Source: a virus (lineage: Duplodnaviria; Caudoviricetes). Taken from it: a stretch of 52,165 nt of DNA. A program made the position numbers and the translations under genes. The notes under the pieces were generated by a model. It did not search any database, was not told the DNA's origin, and saw only the letters and a program-made list of their open reading frames with translations. Position 1 is the stretch's first letter. Every line of letters begins with the position of its first letter. The stretch lies in IMG/VR virus record IMGVR_UViG_3300032053_000109, positions 1 to 52,165 of that record; one strand, given 5' to 3'. This document shows, piece by piece, positions 7,480 to 17,009 of the stretch.

Positions 7480-9369
7480 TTATCTTAATGTTATTTTGCC
7501 CGTATCATCTACTTGCTTTAGTTTATCCGGATGCCTATCCATTAGAGTTTTTAAGGCCTGGCGAGATATTTTAAGCTCTGAAGCCATATTCCTTAAACTT
7601 AAACCCGTTGGGTACATACTTAGTAAATCTAATAACTGTGTAAAAAGAGATCCCTGAGCCTTACCCTCTATTATTTTTGGTTCATATAATAGGTCTCCAG
7701 CATTACCCATCTTTATGGTTAGTTCTACCTTAGAAAGTATTCCTGCTCCTCGATGTTCTCTTTCTATCTCTATCTTGGCTTGGTTCTCGTCAAGTCCATC
7801 TTCCTCTACATTGTGTAAATATAAAGCGGATTCATTCCATCCATGCAAGGTAGTAGAACCCAGCATCCTTTGACCTCCCCTACTACTTGTTCCACTTTTA
7901 TTCCAGTGATGAACCAATAGTAAAGAGGTATTAAATTTGTTCTTAACCTCCAGAAGCTGTTGTAACACAGGATTTAGGTCTTTCGCTGAGTTGAGGTCTC
8001 CTGAAAACATTAGATATAGAGGGTCCATAATAACCATGAGAGGTCTTATCTCCTCAATTTGATTCTCCAAATCCTGTAAAGCCAAGGGATCATCGAAGTT
8101 GAATCCTTTTACATTTTGAAAATAGATTGGAATATCCAACTTACGTTTATCACCACTTAGCAAACCCTTATGAGCCATAATCTTAATACTACGGTCTTTC
8201 ATAATCCATTCAGAATTCTCATTCTGTATAAATAACACAGGTCCTTGCTCCATGACGGGGTACCTTCCTAGAAATGGAAGTCCTGTGGCTATTGATATTG
8301 CCATATCATGTGCGAGAGTAGATTTGAAGGTTTTAGGTTCTCCTGATACCATTCCATGACTACCCTGTAACCACATATCTTCTATTAACCATCCAGGTTT
8401 TGAGGCCTTACTATTCATTAGGTCAATGAAAGATATCCACCTTGGTACTTCGGGTTCATCAGGTTCCTCAGATTCTTCCTCTGGTTGAGGATTATCCTCT
8501 TGATAACTTTCATATATTTTAGTTATCTCTGTAGTAATTCGCTTCCATTCATCAGACCTTCCCTTATACTTATTCCATGCGGAACCTTGTATAAGTAAAG
8601 CAATATCCTCTATAGGTATTTGTTTCTTGACCATGTCACTTTCTAGAGACCATAATACCTCGGACCTATTTCCTGGAGTAACCTTGTTATCCGAGTATTG
8701 TAAAAGCCTAGATGTTTTATTTCCTAATTGTTTTCGATATTTGGATAGCAGAGTAATGAAGTCCGTAGTGGATTTTAAAGAACTCTTATCAGTTGTTTTA
8801 TCTGGCAAACTAGTAAATTCATCTTTGGAATATACAGCGGCTCTATCCAACCATAAAAGCTTTCCTACTACCGAGGGTTCATATTTGAAATTTGAAGTTC
8901 CTGGGATTCTTAGAACCTGTGTAATATCCCATCCACCTTTGTCAGCTCCAACGTGGTAAGTAAGTTTCTTATTGATTTCCTTAAGCTCAGAGGGTTTTAT
9001 ATTCTTATCTAACCACCATATGGCCTGATACCTATTTTCTGATGATTTCCAAGCTATTGTTGGGTTAATCGTACATTCCTCAGGTTTAACAAAATCTAAA
9101 TCGGCATATAATATGTTTGAGGGTAAAGCGTGTATCTCTAATCTCTTGTTAGTACTAAATATTAGAGGACACCAATAAAGGTCGGTTTTTTCCTTTATTA
9201 TTAAGGAAGAAAGTAACTTTTCAATTTCCAATTTACCGGAGGGCCATTGAAAAGAATAATCTTTCCATTCTCCTTTGCATTTCTTACTAATAAATACGAA
9301 ACCTTTTTGCTTTTGTCTATTCCAGGTCTCAAAACAAGATTTTAATTCTTTTGAATTGGGTTTTATCAT
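7480..9369 (-). CDS. DNA primase-helicase (RepB-like primase plus AAA_25/RepA-type helicase, C-terminal HTH)
   Basis: LYADLD, RYQAIW, ADKGGWD, VLRIPGT.NFKY primase motifs; Walker A GEPKTFKS, Walker B IMDPL, LVHH. Confidence 0.85.
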   Translation of the reverse strand: MIKPNSKELKSCFETWNRQKQKGFVFISKKCKGEWKDYSFQWPSGKLEIEKLLSSLIIKEKTDLYWCPLIFSTNKRLEIHALPSNILYADLDFVKPEECTINPTIAWKSSENRYQAIWWLDKNIKPSELKEINKKLTYHVGADKGGWDITQVLRIPGTSNFKYEPSVVGKLLWLDRAAVYSKDEFTSLPDKTTDKSSLKSTTDFITLLSKYRKQLGNKTSRLLQYSDNKVTPGNRSEVLWSLESDMVKKQIPIEDIALLIQGSAWNKYKGRSDEWKRITTEITKIYESYQEDNPQPEEESEEPDEPEVPRWISFIDLMNSKASKPGWLIEDMWLQGSHGMVSGEPKTFKSTLAHDMAISIATGLPFLGRYPVMEQGPVLFIQNENSEWIMKDRSIKIMAHKGLLSGDKRKLDIPIYFQNVKGFNFDDPLALQDLENQIEEIRPLMVIMDPLYLMFSGDLNSAKDLNPVLQQLLEVKNKFNTSLLLVHHWNKSGTSSRGGQRMLGSTTLHGWNESALYLHNVEEDGLDENQAKIEIEREHRGAGILSKVELTIKMGNAGDLLYEPKIIEGKAQGSLFTQLLDLLSMYPTGLSLRNMASELKISRQALKTLMDRHPDKLKQVDDTGKITLR

Positions 9370-9371
9370 CC

Positions 9372-9578
9372 CTACTCCTCCAGTCTTGAACCATGGGGTT
9401 TTTTATACCTTAGCGGCCATATAGGGGGTAAATCTAATTCAATAAATACCCAGCACCACCCTACCTTTGTACCACTGATGAATTTCTTCCTGATGGCATA
9501 GCGTACACTTTTTGGAGTTACTCCATACCTTTTGGCTACCTCATCCAAGCTTATAAATTCTACGGCCAACCTAACCAA
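9372..9578 (-). CDS. Excisionase-like HTH DNA-binding protein
   Basis: ISLDEVAKRYGVTPKSVRYAIRKKFISGTKVGWCW. Confidence 0.7.
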   Translation of the reverse strand: MVRLAVEFISLDEVAKRYGVTPKSVRYAIRKKFISGTKVGWCWVFIELDLPPIWPLRYKKPHGSRLEE

Positions 9579-9607
9579 CTCCTTCTTATTAAAATAGTTA
9601 CCAGTAC

Positions 9608-9649
9608 ATTATATAAGACCCTTTTGCTTCTGTAAATAGCCAAATTCTC
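9608..9649 (-). promoter_or_regulatory. Leftward promoter with GAGAATTW box
   Basis: GAGAATTT-N5-TTTACA-N17-TATAAT. Confidence 0.7.
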
Positions 9650-9735
9650 CACTTTCCTAGAAGTAGCTTCCTTTAATAATACATATATTTTATAAATATT
9701 TTCAACCCATCTCAAAATATATATTTTTAGTATGG

Positions 9736-9776
9736 GAGAATTTTACTGTTTCAATTTTGCATATTTATGATATAAT
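9736..9776 (+). promoter_or_regulatory. Rightward promoter with GAGAATTW box
   Basis: GAGAATTT-N5-TTTCAA-N16-TATAAT with extended -10 TG. Confidence 0.6.
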
Positions 9777-9810
9777 AGTTTAGTAGGATAAAAAATATGG
9801 AGGACCTAAG

Positions 9811-10269
9811 ATGATAAAAATAATTATTGTAAGGGGGTTAAAAAGCTCCACCAAGTGTTTCACAGATGATGAACATGGAAACAAGATATTTGAAGCTTTG
9901 AAACCCCATTATGAAGAAATTTTTAAAGTTTCCTATACAGAGGCTTTTTCACCTCCAGAAGGATATCAACCCAACTTTCCTAGAAAAACCTGGTGTCCCT
10001 ACTGCTCCGCTGAAAGGAGATTCAAGAAGAACCCCATCCAAGATTGTTACATATGTTCCATCTGTGGTATTTCAGAGAGAGACTTCTGGATAAAGAAATA
10101 CAACGATATATGGAAATATGAAGCATTAGGAGGTAATACCAGAAAGGTTCGTAAGGCATTCAAATCCTTAAAAACGCAGAAGGATTCTTCTGTGGAGAAC
10201 CTTGGAACATCCAAAAGTGATAGAAGGAAACAAAGAAAAAAACTTAGAGACAGTAAGGCCAATAAATAA
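9811..10269 (+). CDS. Zinc-ribbon protein with basic C-terminus
   Basis: CPYC-x14-CSIC; K/R-rich tail; RBS GGAGG. Confidence 0.7.
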   Translation: MIKIIIVRGLKSSTKCFTDDEHGNKIFEALKPHYEEIFKVSYTEAFSPPEGYQPNFPRKTWCPYCSAERRFKKNPIQDCYICSICGISERDFWIKKYNDIWKYEALGGNTRKVRKAFKSLKTQKDSSVENLGTSKSDRRKQRKKLRDSKANK

Positions 10270-10283
10270 AAGGAGGAAATTAT

Positions 10284-10796
10284 ATGTTCATCATTGCAGA
10301 AGGCTTTGATAATTCGGGGAAGACTACCTTATTAACCAAACTTTCTAAGGAATTAAGCATTCCCGTAACTCATTCCCCTGGACATGGAATTGATCTAAGA
10401 GAATCCTTAAGCCAGATTATTGAAGATAGTAAAAATCAGGACATGTTAAGAGATAGGATTTGTTTAGTATCGGAGGAAGTTTATGGTAAAATACTCCGAG
10501 GAAAATCCGAATTTGATTCTGATAGTAACACCTGGTGGCTCTCGTTAATAAAGGCTCAAAAACCCATATTAATATTTTGTAGGCCTCCTACTGAGAATAT
10601 AATTGGTGATATGACTGGTAGAGAACAGATGGAGGGAGTAATAACTCATTCTAGGAGTTTGCTAAGAAGATATGATGAAGTCTTTACCTATTTAAAACAA
10701 GAGTATGGAGATTCTTTAAATCTTCTTACTTATGACTATACACAGGACCCTGAAGCTACCCAAATTTTAGATGATATAAGGAGGATTAATCAATGA
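10284..10796 (+). CDS. Deoxynucleoside monophosphate kinase (thymidylate-kinase-like)
   Basis: IIAEGFDNSGKTT P-loop; DR...SEEVYG motif. Confidence 0.8.
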   Translation: MFIIAEGFDNSGKTTLLTKLSKELSIPVTHSPGHGIDLRESLSQIIEDSKNQDMLRDRICLVSEEVYGKILRGKSEFDSDSNTWWLSLIKAQKPILIFCRPPTENIIGDMTGREQMEGVITHSRSLLRRYDEVFTYLKQEYGDSLNLLTYDYTQDPEATQILDDIRRINQ

Positions 10797-11449
10797 ATGT
10801 AAAAGATGTTGAAGAAACCATGGATGGAACTAATCAAGACCGTTTGGTATTAATTTTTAATCGTCAGAGAGAACTAATGGAAAAGTACCACCATATTGAA
10901 AAAAATCTTAGGTTAACTCCAGATTGTCCCGTAAGCCTTCATGATTCTAAGGGGCAATTACTATTAAAAGATTTTGCCTGGAGAACCACAGAAGAACTAG
11001 CCGAGGCCATAGATGCCATTGAGAATGGTGAAAGCGAAGAACATATTAAGGAAGAAGTAGCTGATGCTTTACACTTTTTAGTAGAGATGGGAATACTCTC
11101 AAATATTACTCCAGATATTCTATTAACACTTGACCCTGATGAGCTGCCACCTCATGACTATTTAGAAACCTTATTCTCCCTGTGGACCTATGAAAATAAA
11201 CTTAACTACTCGGAAGCCTTTACCCAATTTATAGTTAGGTTGGGTATGGTATGTCATACTCTAAAGAATAAACCTTGGAAACAAACTCAAATGTTAACTG
11301 ATATAAAGGAATACACTACCCGATATATTGAGACTTTCCATTACTTTATTAGGTTTTGCATCTCCATTGACCTACAACCCGAAGAATTATTTCAGCTATA
11401 TTTTAAAAAATCAAAAGTTAATGCTTTCCGTATTAGGTCGAGTTATTAG
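10793..11449 (+). CDS. All-alpha dNTP pyrophosphatase (dimeric dUTPase/dCTPase-like)
   Basis: EELAEAID..HIKEEVADALHF; NKPWKQ; YFKKSKVNAFRIRSSY. Confidence 0.8.
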   Translation: MNVKDVEETMDGTNQDRLVLIFNRQRELMEKYHHIEKNLRLTPDCPVSLHDSKGQLLLKDFAWRTTEELAEAIDAIENGESEEHIKEEVADALHFLVEMGILSNITPDILLTLDPDELPPHDYLETLFSLWTYENKLNYSEAFTQFIVRLGMVCHTLKNKPWKQTQMLTDIKEYTTRYIETFHYFIRFCISIDLQPEELFQLYFKKSKVNAFRIRSSY

Positions 11450-11458
11450 GAGGACCCC

Positions 11459-12253
11459 ATGAACTTAAGAGAACACTGGATTAATTTCATAGAAAAAGTT
11501 TTATTCGAAGTTCCTGCAAGCCACATAGAATTCAGTGGACATAAATTCGTTGACAGTTTGATTCTTACCATTCCAGGAAAAGACTGGCAAAAGAAGGACT
11601 CTGGCTTTGATATTACTGAGTTAGGGTACGCAAGTAAAAAATCAAAGTTCAGTCAACTCAAAAGAATATATTATTCTCCTGAGAATATCTCAATGGCTAA
11701 AACTAAGATGGAAGATAGGGAGGAAAAGGATTTTACTTCCGTAAGCATTTCAACCTTGGCTGGAGCTAAAAACTCCAAAAGCCAGGGCCATTGCATCATT
11801 AGTATAATTATTAGTAAGATATTATCTACCGGGGAGGTAAATGTATCAGTATTTTATAGAAATACCGAGCTAATAAGAAAGTTTGGAGCTGATTTATTAT
11901 TCTTAAAAGAGGTTGTTATACCTGATATTCTAGGAGATATTCCTATTAAGAAGATAAGTTTCCACTTTGCAAATGCTTTCTTCTCACCCATGTTTCTTCC
12001 TGTGTTAATACCCTATATTGTAAATATACCTGCATTTCTGGGTTCAGTAAAATCATTAAACCATCCAAGAATTTGGAAAGCCTGTACTTGGGGACTTAAG
12101 ATTCCCATATTAAAGCCAGACCCTGAACATTATCAATATAGGTCTAGAAAGAACATGCATCAAATGGGTATTAATCACTATAAGAACCTGCTACCCGAGC
12201 ATTTAGAATCAATTAAGAAATATATCAAAGGTCTAGTTGAAGATATTGAATAA
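11459..12253 (+). CDS. Divergent thymidylate-synthase-fold protein
   Basis: GHC then VFYRNTELIRKFGADL aligns with TS PC...QRSxDxxxGxxxN spacing. Confidence 0.55.
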   Translation: MNLREHWINFIEKVLFEVPASHIEFSGHKFVDSLILTIPGKDWQKKDSGFDITELGYASKKSKFSQLKRIYYSPENISMAKTKMEDREEKDFTSVSISTLAGAKNSKSQGHCIISIIISKILSTGEVNVSVFYRNTELIRKFGADLLFLKEVVIPDILGDIPIKKISFHFANAFFSPMFLPVLIPYIVNIPAFLGSVKSLNHPRIWKACTWGLKIPILKPDPEHYQYRSRKNMHQMGINHYKNLLPEHLESIKKYIKGLVEDIE

Positions 12254-12264
12254 GGAGGTACTAT

Positions 12265-13398
12265 ATGAAACATTTCTTCCCCATGAATCCTAAGGAGATC
12301 AAAGATATTGAGAAACTACAGGCTTTAATTAAGAACCCCAAATGGTGTATACAGCTAAAGAAAGATGGTGTTAGAGGAGAATTATATATAACATCCACAG
12401 GCAATAGGATATTTGGTAGAAACTGCGGTGTTAAAAGCCCCTTTCCTTTAGAATTAACCCATAACCTACCCACCATTGCTAGATGGAAGTTTCCTAAGCA
12501 TTTTCATGGTATTACCTTTGATGTAGAAATTTACATGCCAGGAAAGACAGCTGCAGAGATATCCGGAGCCATAAATCCCAATCGAGTTGAACCCCCTGTT
12601 AAGTATGAACCTCAAATAGAGTTTTGGTGTTTTGATATTCCTCTATATAAAGAGCAAGAAAATCCCTTTACTCAGGGAGAAAGAATTAAAATGTATGAAG
12701 CTCTCTTCAAGCCTTACAGGAATAATTTGAACCTACTACATACTCTAAGATGTATAGAAACCCTATATGAAAATAAGTCTCAATACCTTTCCAAATGGTT
12801 AGAAAGTGGGGAAGAGGGTGGAGTATTAAAGAACCTAGATAGCTTATATCTTTATTCATATGAAAAGGAGGGGAAGAGGTCCGCTGATACTTGGGTAAAA
12901 TGTAAGAAAGGGTTTGAAGATGATTATGTCATATGTGGATTCTCACCTCCAGAGCATTATTATAAGGGAGATAAACTATCCACATGGAAATACTGGGAAA
13001 CTCCTGAGGAATATTTTTATGAAGGACCTAGAAAAAATCCTCAAGATAAAGCCATTACTAAATTCCATTATCATGGTTGGATAGGAGCTTTATCCTACGG
13101 GATAGGGGTAAACCCTAAAGAACTCGATAAACATTGCAAAAAACATGGCGTTATAATACCTACTATTGAGGCTAGAGAAACTACCTTTGCTATCCTGGGT
13201 ACGGTATCAGGTATAAATGACTCACTTAGAGAGAAAATTAGTCAGAACCCCATTAAATATCTATATCAAGTAATAAAAATATCTGGGATGGAGCAATATC
13301 CAGATACTCTAGCCATTAGACATCCCAATTTGAAGGAAGTAAGATGGGACAAAAATGCTGAAAATTGTATTTTTAAATTCAAGAATAAAACTATGTAA
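12265..13398 (+). CDS. ATP-dependent DNA ligase
   Basis: KKDGVRG (motif I), FDVEI, FDI, EEGGVLK, WVKCKK, IRHP....RWDK. Confidence 0.88.
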   Translation: MKHFFPMNPKEIKDIEKLQALIKNPKWCIQLKKDGVRGELYITSTGNRIFGRNCGVKSPFPLELTHNLPTIARWKFPKHFHGITFDVEIYMPGKTAAEISGAINPNRVEPPVKYEPQIEFWCFDIPLYKEQENPFTQGERIKMYEALFKPYRNNLNLLHTLRCIETLYENKSQYLSKWLESGEEGGVLKNLDSLYLYSYEKEGKRSADTWVKCKKGFEDDYVICGFSPPEHYYKGDKLSTWKYWETPEEYFYEGPRKNPQDKAITKFHYHGWIGALSYGIGVNPKELDKHCKKHGVIIPTIEARETTFAILGTVSGINDSLREKISQNPIKYLYQVIKISGMEQYPDTLAIRHPNLKEVRWDKNAENCIFKFKNKTM

Positions 13399-13451
13399 CT
13401 TTGGCTATAAATATGATATAATAAAGTTATTAAATATAAGGAGGACAGACA

Positions 13452-14132
13452 ATGAGGTTATATGATAATTTTAAGGAAGCTTTCGGAGAAGTAGCAAGAG
13501 ATATTGTTGAAATGGGTATCAAAGTAAACCCCAAAACCTACCAAGATAAGGTGATTGAAGGTAAGACTGAGTTTGAGACTCTTGAGGTTCAGAATTATAT
13601 TTACACAGTAATAAATCCCAAACTTACGGACCTAAATCCCATACAACCCTGGGCAGACCAAGAGTTTGAGGAAAGAATATCCTGTGAGGCCGTAAACCCT
13701 GGTGAAGCCTGGAAAACTAGGCCTGAGGTCTGGACTGAGTTTCTAAACAAGGATAATAAATTTCATTATACTTACAATGAGAGAATACGTAGGCTTGACC
13801 AACTAGATAGAATAATAGAAAGGCTTAATTTAGATTCTGACTCCAGACAATGTTTCTTATCCATTTGGGATGCTTTTGATATCTTTAATTTAGGTGGTAG
13901 TGGAAGAATTCCTTGCTCTTTGGGATACCTATTTCAAATAAGAGGTGGAGCTCTAAATATGACCTACTTGATGAGGTCCTGTGATTTCTTTACTCACTTC
14001 ACTAATGATGCTTATCTGGCATTAAAACTCCAACATTATGTTGCCATGAGATTAGGTATACCAGTTGGACAATTTACTCACTGGATGGCTTCACTTCATA
14101 TGTATCGCAAAGATTCTGGAGGTATTTTCTAA
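13452..14132 (+). CDS. Thymidylate synthase family enzyme, dCMP-(hydroxy)methylase-type specificity residue
   Basis: SRQ, RIPC, MRSCDFFTHFTND, SLHMY; Asp at the position of E. coli TS Asn177. Confidence 0.85.
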   Translation: MRLYDNFKEAFGEVARDIVEMGIKVNPKTYQDKVIEGKTEFETLEVQNYIYTVINPKLTDLNPIQPWADQEFEERISCEAVNPGEAWKTRPEVWTEFLNKDNKFHYTYNERIRRLDQLDRIIERLNLDSDSRQCFLSIWDAFDIFNLGGSGRIPCSLGYLFQIRGGALNMTYLMRSCDFFTHFTNDAYLALKLQHYVAMRLGIPVGQFTHWMASLHMYRKDSGGIF

Positions 14133-14134
14133 TT

Positions 14135-14572
14135 ATGAATAATAGAATAAATAGAGATTATTTATGCCTTCAAATAGCCAAATTAATTGCACTTAGAGGA
14201 ACTTGTAAAAGGGCTCAGGTAGGAACAGTCATAGCTATTAATGGAAGAATCATCTCTACTGGATATAATGGGGCCCCTAGTGGGCTTCCCCATTGCATTG
14301 ACTGGGGATGCATAATTGGAGTTGATGGAGGTTGCATCCGTACCTCACATGCGGAGGCTGGAGCCATTGCCTTTGCTGCAAGAAGAGGATTATCCCTAGA
14401 AGGGGCAACTCTTTATTGTACTCTGTCACCTTGTTTGAACTGTGCTAAACTCATTATTAACTCAGGAATTAAGGAAGTTATATACTGTGAGAAATATAAA
14501 AATCACGAAGGACTTGATCTTCTAGATGGAGCAGGAATTGTTCATCATCATATGGAGGTTCAGGATGCCTAG
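14135..14572 (+). CDS. dCMP deaminase family protein
   Basis: C.RAQVG, STGYNG, HAE, PCLNC. Confidence 0.9.
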   Translation: MNNRINRDYLCLQIAKLIALRGTCKRAQVGTVIAINGRIISTGYNGAPSGLPHCIDWGCIIGVDGGCIRTSHAEAGAIAFAARRGLSLEGATLYCTLSPCLNCAKLIINSGIKEVIYCEKYKNHEGLDLLDGAGIVHHHMEVQDA

Positions 14573-16940
14573 AGATAAACTCTGTTCAAGCTGTGAATTA
14601 GGAGATACAACCCACCAAGTATGTTCTTGGGGACAAGGTCCTAAGAATGCAAAAGTTATGTTAATAGGAGAAGCTCCTGGAGCACGAGAGGAAGACCTAG
14701 ACAAACCTTTTCAAGGTAAGTCGGGAAAATTACTGGAGGAATTTCTACTAAAGGCGGGCCTTCATAGAAAAGACCTTTATATAACAAATGCAGTAAAGTG
14801 TAGGCCCCCTGATAATAGAACACCCTCCAAGAAAGAAATTGCTATTTGTAAATACCATCTTGAGGATGAGATTAAAGAGATAAAGCCGCAGTATATTTTA
14901 GTATTGGGAGCTACCGCTTTTACTAGTATATTTAATAAAGCAGGTATTATGGAGCATAGAGGAAGTATTATAGAAAAAGGTGGTATTTCATACCTAATAT
15001 CTTTACACCCTTCAGCTGCCTTGAGAATGCCAAAATTAAGGCCTCTTATGGAGGCAGACCTAACTCGATTCAAACAGTTAATGGATGGAAAACTAGAAGA
15101 GAATTCTTCCATGGAATGGACTCTAGTAAATGATATCCCCAACCTAAAGGCTTTTATAAGAGATTTAAAAAGTGCAAAATCCATAAGTTATGATATTGAA
15201 TGTTCAAGCCTTAATGGCTTAGACCCCAATTCTTATATATATTGTATTGGGTTCTCCACCAAACGTAGGAGTTGGGTTATTCCCTTTGATTATCCTGAGA
15301 GTAACTTTAGAAACAAGAATGTTCAATATAAATTAATTAGGATTATAGAAAAGGTCACAAGGGGAAAAAATTTAATAGCTCATAATGGGAAGTTTGATAA
15401 TAAGTGGATAAAATCCAAGTACGGACTTCAGATGGAACAAACTTTTGATACCATGTTGGCTTCCTTTATCCTGGATGAAAACCGTCCCCATGGATTAAAG
15501 CCTTTATCCAAGATGTACCTTAATGCATCCGACTATGACCTTAAATTTCCTTTTGATGTAAGAAATGTACCGCTAGAAACTCTGGCTAAATACTGTGCTT
15601 ATGATGTTAGATATACGCTTCAATTATATTACCTATTTAAAGAGCAGTTAAAAGAGGATGCTCACCTTAGTAGAGTATTTTATGGTTTAATAATGCCAGC
15701 TTCTAAATACCTAGAGCTAACTGAGACTGAAGGGGTATATATTGATCAAGAGAAATACCCCGTGGCATTAAAACAAATTACACAGGAAGTATCAGATTTA
15801 GAAAAAGAACTATGTAAAATTGCTGGCAAGACTCTTAACTGGAATTCTTCACCTCAGATGGCCAACTTGCTATTCACCGAACTAAAACTTCCCGTATTAG
15901 AAACTACACCCACTGGAAAGCCTTCTACCTCAGGAGAAAATGTTTTGCCTAGACTTAGAGATAAACATCCAATCATTAATGTACTTTTGGATTATAGGGA
16001 GAAAATAAAATTATCCCAATTCCTTATTAGTTGGGGAACTATGATGGATAGGACGGGTAGAGTACATCCTAGTTTCAAATTACATGGTACCGTTACCGGA
16101 AGATTATCCTGTAAAGACCCTAACTTTCAACAAGTTCCCCGAGATGTATTCCTTAGGTCATTATTTACAGCTCCCCAGGGTTGGGTATTTGTAGAGGCAG
16201 ATTATTCACAGGTGGAACTTCGAGTTGCCGCTATGTTAGCAAATGAAACCAATATGAAGAGAGCATATCAGACGGGGCAGGATATTCATCAAAATACCGC
16301 CTCTTTAGTAATGGGTATTCCAATGGATAAGGTAACGAAAGAGGATAGAAAGAAAGCCAAGGCCGTAAATTTTGGATTTCTATATGGAATGAGTTCCAAA
16401 AAATTCAAGGATTATGCTCGAGATAAATACCAAGTAACTCTCACTGATAATGAAGCTTCTCAATTTAGAACCAGATTCTTTGATGCTTATCCTGAATTAT
16501 TAGCCTGGCATGACAGACAAAGAAGAATAGTTCAGAAGTATGGATATGTTAGAAGCCCCATTGGTAGGAAGAGAAGGCTTCCCGAAATTAATTCACCGGA
16601 TAGAGGAGTTAAGGCTGAGGCAGAAAGGCAGTCGATAAATAGCCCAGTACAAGGATTTGCCTCTGATATGTGTTTATTCTCAATGGTTAGATTATCTCAA
16701 GAAATTCCTAGGGATCAATTTAAAGTGGTTGGATTAGTACATGATGCTATGATGGGTATTATAAAAGAAGAATATGTTGACCTCATAGTTCCCAAAATAA
16801 AGCAGGTAATGGAGGACATGGCAACTGTGGAGAAAGTGTTTTATACTTCCATATCAGTACCTATTGAGGTAGATGTAAAAATAGGACCTTGGGGGTCTGG
16901 AAAAGATTGGACTCCAAATAAACCTAAAGAGAGAGAATAG
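14565..16940 (+). CDS. polA: Family A DNA polymerase with N-terminal family-4 uracil-DNA glycosylase and 3'-5' exonuclease domains (start revised to 14565)
   Basis: UDG: CSSC, GEAPG, NAVKCRPP, HPSA; exo: YDIE, HNGKFD, YCAYD; pol: DYSQVELR, RKKAKAVNFGFLYG, VHDA; RBS GGAGG at 14554. Confidence 0.92.
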   Translation: MPRDKLCSSCELGDTTHQVCSWGQGPKNAKVMLIGEAPGAREEDLDKPFQGKSGKLLEEFLLKAGLHRKDLYITNAVKCRPPDNRTPSKKEIAICKYHLEDEIKEIKPQYILVLGATAFTSIFNKAGIMEHRGSIIEKGGISYLISLHPSAALRMPKLRPLMEADLTRFKQLMDGKLEENSSMEWTLVNDIPNLKAFIRDLKSAKSISYDIECSSLNGLDPNSYIYCIGFSTKRRSWVIPFDYPESNFRNKNVQYKLIRIIEKVTRGKNLIAHNGKFDNKWIKSKYGLQMEQTFDTMLASFILDENRPHGLKPLSKMYLNASDYDLKFPFDVRNVPLETLAKYCAYDVRYTLQLYYLFKEQLKEDAHLSRVFYGLIMPASKYLELTETEGVYIDQEKYPVALKQITQEVSDLEKELCKIAGKTLNWNSSPQMANLLFTELKLPVLETTPTGKPSTSGENVLPRLRDKHPIINVLLDYREKIKLSQFLISWGTMMDRTGRVHPSFKLHGTVTGRLSCKDPNFQQVPRDVFLRSLFTAPQGWVFVEADYSQVELRVAAMLANETNMKRAYQTGQDIHQNTASLVMGIPMDKVTKEDRKKAKAVNFGFLYGMSSKKFKDYARDKYQVTLTDNEASQFRTRFFDAYPELLAWHDRQRRIVQKYGYVRSPIGRKRRLPEINSPDRGVKAEAERQSINSPVQGFASDMCLFSMVRLSQEIPRDQFKVVGLVHDAMMGIIKEEYVDLIVPKIKQVMEDMATVEKVFYTSISVPIEVDVKIGPWGSGKDWTPNKPKERE

Positions 16941-17009
16941 TTATATACAGAGACAAGTAAGTTATGATATAATAGCTATATTAAACTAAACTAGAAAGGA
17001 GGAACTACG

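Noticed and set aside
9372-9578. Excisionase-like HTH as evidence of lysogeny
   Set aside because: No integrase or att site seen; such HTHs often act as regulators.
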